Assembly: GCA_001179505.1 (NCBI GenBank) | Contig: CDMY01000289.1 | Coordinates: forward strand, 62,001 to 126,000 | Length of the DNA: 64,000 nt | Direction of reading: 5' to 3' | Origin: Vitrella brassicaformis CCMP3155 | Taxonomy: Eukaryota > Protista > Chromerida | Notes under the pieces: model-generated | Told to the model about the DNA's origin: nothing | Databases searched by the model: none | Seen by the model: only the letters and a program-made list of their open reading frames with translations | Translations under genes and position numbers: made by a program | Shown here: positions 60,681 through 64,000 of the stretch, in pieces | How positions within the stretch are numbered: position 1 is the stretch's first letter | Layout of the letters: each line of letters starts with the position of its first letter

Positions 60681-61762
60681 AAAGGAGGCGCGAAGGGAAG
60701 AAGGCAATGAAGCTGGAATGGAAGCGGTTTGGAGCGGACTGGTGTGGTCAAAACGGTTTGTCGCCCGTCTCCGTCGATTATTAATTTCTCACCTCTGGAT
60801 TGCCTTTGCCCCCCCATTTCCCGTTGATTCAGCGATGCAGGCGGGTCGGCGGTAGACGATGAGTAGTCTGCAGGACGCCAGAGACAGAACTTCAAAACGT
60901 TTCTGTCTGACACCGAAGCCAGGGCAGCACCCTCTCTCTCTCTCTCTGTCTCTCTCTCTCTGTCTCTCTCAGATAAGACCTGCAGCATTCGGAGGGTTGA
61001 CGGCTTTAGTAGAGCAACAGCACAGCAAAGGGTCTAACAGTCTGGCATCGCCGGCCTGTTTGAAGAAAAATACGAAGAAGACAAAAAAGACAAAAGGTCG
61101 TTCTGTTTTCGTCTCCAGGCTCCAAAAAGCGGCGGGAGGAGGCGGCGGGCAGCCTACCAAGGCAAAGCACTTGCCTGCATGTCTCCTACGATCCACGAGT
61201 CGGCGTCGATGGCCAGAGACGGGATGTCTTGATTGAAATCTGACGAGAAAAGACAACATTGAATCTTCCAAGTCGGATACCATGGAAGACACCATTTGGA
61301 GGGGCGTGCAGGTGGCTTGCACCCTATACAGCGCATACACATGTCAGCAAACTCGCACTCATCAACTCGCGCACTCATCCACTCACCTGTCACTGAGAGG
61401 TGGTTGGCCGACTGACCAACGAAAGAGCGCCTCTTGCACGAGCGTGCCGACACCAGCGGGGCATTGCCACCCGTCACTGGTAAGCCGAAGGAGGAGGACG
61501 GCTGCCGACGAGGGCGCAAAGGGACTGGATTGTCGGGGAGATAGACGGCGGGTAGGGAGGGCCATGGGAGGCCGACGCGGGGCGAATGCGGTGGTGCAAC
61601 GAGGAAGCCGACACAAAGCCAACACAAACGAAAGGAGCGGTGAACGGGAGAAGGCAACGAGGCTGGAATGGAAGCGAATTGGAGCTGTAGCATAAAAAAA
61701 TTTGTCGGGCGTCTCCCCGTCGAGATTTACATTCTCGCCATTTTTCTCTTCCCCCCCCAATT
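60681..61762. repeat. Diverged ~130 bp direct repeat (about 60681-60815 and 61631-61762)
   Basis: Shared anchors GAAGGCAA.GA.GCTGGAATGGAAGCG and TTTGTCG..CGTCTCC..GTCGA, about 950 bp apart. Confidence 0.7.
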
Positions 61763-64000
61763 TCGGCACTGATGAGGCCATCCAAAGCTTTGTGCCCCAT
61801 CGGGGCAAGACATGGCCCGAAATAGGAGCGTACTGCAAGTGGGAGGCGTGGCTGCCCTCTTGTCTGCGCCATTTATGTCAGTCGACCACCAACAAGAGCA
61901 AGAGTCAATGTATTGCACCCTTCCCTGCAGCAAGTGCACCTGCGTTTGTGTCTTGACACGTATTGCACATGTCTGCCCTGCCAGGTGGGTGTTTCTCTCT
62001 CAAATACAAGTCAGTCCACAAAATACAGCTCACTCCATGCCAGACCACACAAATCATCCATCCATCCATCCATGTAAGAAGGTCAGTACACGATGACAAA
62101 CAGCAGGCACCCAGAAGCACTTAAGACTTGCTTTCCCTCCAGCCTGCTTTCCCTAGCTGCTGCTCTCGCCGCCGTCCTCTCATCGGTGATCGGCCAGCGG
62201 CAATCACATGACAAAGGAATACAGACGGGATGAATTTTGACATGACAATCGGTGTGATGTCATGTTATGTGTGTGACAAAGGCAGTGAGTGAGTGATGCC
62301 ATCCGTCCACTCCACTTACAGTACAGTCAGTGACAGCACAGCCGTCCCCCCGTGTGTTTCCGTTCAGCAGCAGCACTTTCGGCTCCGACCTGTATACACA
62401 CACACATGATTGAACACACGTGTTCATCAGATACATACATACTGCGAGCGCCGAGCGGGCCCATGTGTGGCTACTTACGTGGCGGATAGCGACGCCCCCA
62501 CCAGCAGCAACGGTCGCAGCAATTGTCGCCGGGCGGGCCTCCCCCGCCACCACCACCGTCTCGGTCACACCAGCAGACGCACAGCAACCGCACACAGCAA
62601 CACTCATCCGTAGCGACATCCGGTTCCGCCACAGCAACTGCGTGTAGCTGACACACACACACGCGCGCACGCACACACACACACAGGTACGTGTTGTGTT
62701 GGATTCATGTATCTTTTTCCAGCCAGACAAACAAGTACCATGGGCATTGGTTGGCGAGAACTCTCCTGCTGAGGCGCCGCGCGCGGAACATGGTAGTAAA
62801 TCGGGGCCGCAACCTGACGTCACACAGGAGTGTGTGAGGTCACTCATGATGCCATCTTGGCCGTCTTGTGTCTACCTGCTGATAAGCCGGTGGCCAGTAA
62901 GTGGTTCTGTAGGTGGGGCGTGTGGCGGTGAAGGGCTGCGAAGACACCTGTACCTGCACACACGACCAGCACCGAGACGAGAGATCTCTCCTCACCATTC
63001 ACACGCAGTTTCTTGTCCATTGACCTGCTGCTCTGGCCCTCGTGTCAGTCCCTCAGTCACCTCCTGACCATACAGTGCCATACAACAGACATTCTGTAGG
63101 GAAAGCACAAAACCGCTCTGTACCACTTCGAGCATCTGTGTCCGAATGTTGGTGCCATGGTGAACATCCGCCTGTGTCGCATATGCCAACGGCGGTGTGC
63201 GGGGGATCGGTGGCGTGAGACGTTCTTGAGGCAACGTTGACACTGGCAGACAGACGCAGACGCAGAAGCAGAAAACAACATGAGTGCGCTCAACATTCAC
63301 GTGTTTGCTATGTGTCCTCACGTTGCGGCGATGGCACGTAGCTTTCCACCACCGATGGTTGCTCGCGGACAGCCAACATACCTACACACGCACACCACGG
63401 GGCCAATGAGTCCAACAAGAGGGTCTGCCTCCTTCTGTCGTTCTCTCTTCCTCGCTGCTGTGGCCTCTCCTGACGTGCAAATGGGAGTCAATGACTATGG
63501 GAACAGGCAAGGGGACCAGAACGACGCGCCACAGAAGGCGAAATTGGGACGGCTGGAAATTGGAGATGCGGAGATCGTGCGAGCTTGAAAGAGGCGAGCT
63601 GACAGAGATCGCCCTGGCAAAGGAACGCGACGGGAGCAGCTTGCGAACTAAATATCGGGCCGGGGCAACTGGTGAGCGTGTGATTCTCTTTCAGATGAAT
63701 GAATCATTGATTCTCTTTCAGACCCCGCAAGCGTGTGTGATGGACGCCCACAACTGGAAGCCCACAGCGGTAAGCAAGGACGGGTTGCCTCCGGATCCAA
63801 ATCGTTGATTGTTGATTGTCCGGCTCGGAGGCCGTCAGGAGTCCGGCAGCAGTTGACAGGGAGGGTTAGGGAGAGAAGAAGGAACTGTCCAAGCCCTCAA
63901 CAGTGGTAGGACACCAGCTCAGTGATTCGTCATTCGGGTGGACCATCGTCATGTTTGTACTTGGCATACCGGTTGTGCCAGCAGCAGCAAGAACACGCCA

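Noticed and set aside
62260-63321. Possible minus-strand micro-exon gene
   Set aside because: Some GT-AG-bounded segments exist, but no consistent frame or start could be established.
63681-63722. 15-bp direct repeat TGATTCTCTTTCAGA x2
   Set aside because: An isolated short duplication; no gene model supports it as alternative acceptors.
1-64000. Hundreds of short ORFs rich in CVCV/THTH/DRQT/MDGW
   Set aside because: These are translations of intronic (GT)n, (CA)n, (GACA)n and (GGAT)n microsatellites, not genes.
1-64000. tRNA, rRNA, snRNA or spliced-leader genes
   Set aside because: No cloverleaf, rRNA or Sm-site signature was recognised by eye. tRNAscan-SE and Infernal would be needed to exclude them formally.

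Overview
Eukaryotic, GC-rich, very intron-dense genomic DNA. Introns are short, GT-AG, and packed with (GT)n/(CA)n/(GACA)n/(GGAT)n microsatellites. The style and gene content suggest a chromerid alveolate such as Vitrella brassicaformis (inference; no database search was run). Most ORFs in the supplied track are microsatellite artefacts, so gene models were rebuilt by splicing by eye. Recognisable genes: an ERGIC-53/VIP36-type lectin, a protein with an internal ubiquitin-like domain, SAM synthetase, two head-to-head membrane RBR E3 ligases, a SET-domain protein with a signal anchor, a class I HDAC carrying the apicomplexan Ala-Thr insertion, a calmodulin-like protein, ketopantoate reductase, a METTL27-like methyltransferase, and several lineage-specific F-box-like or disordered proteins. 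Structural features: an ~0.8-0.9 kb inverted duplication flanking the HDAC and calmodulin-like genes, and a ~1.6 kb tandem two-gene duplication. The strongest leads are introns with complementary (AC) 5' and (GT) 3' tracts, a paired AAACCCT-N9-AAACCCT upstream element, and a SET domain predicted to face the secretory lumen. No tRNA, rRNA or CRISPR array was seen.
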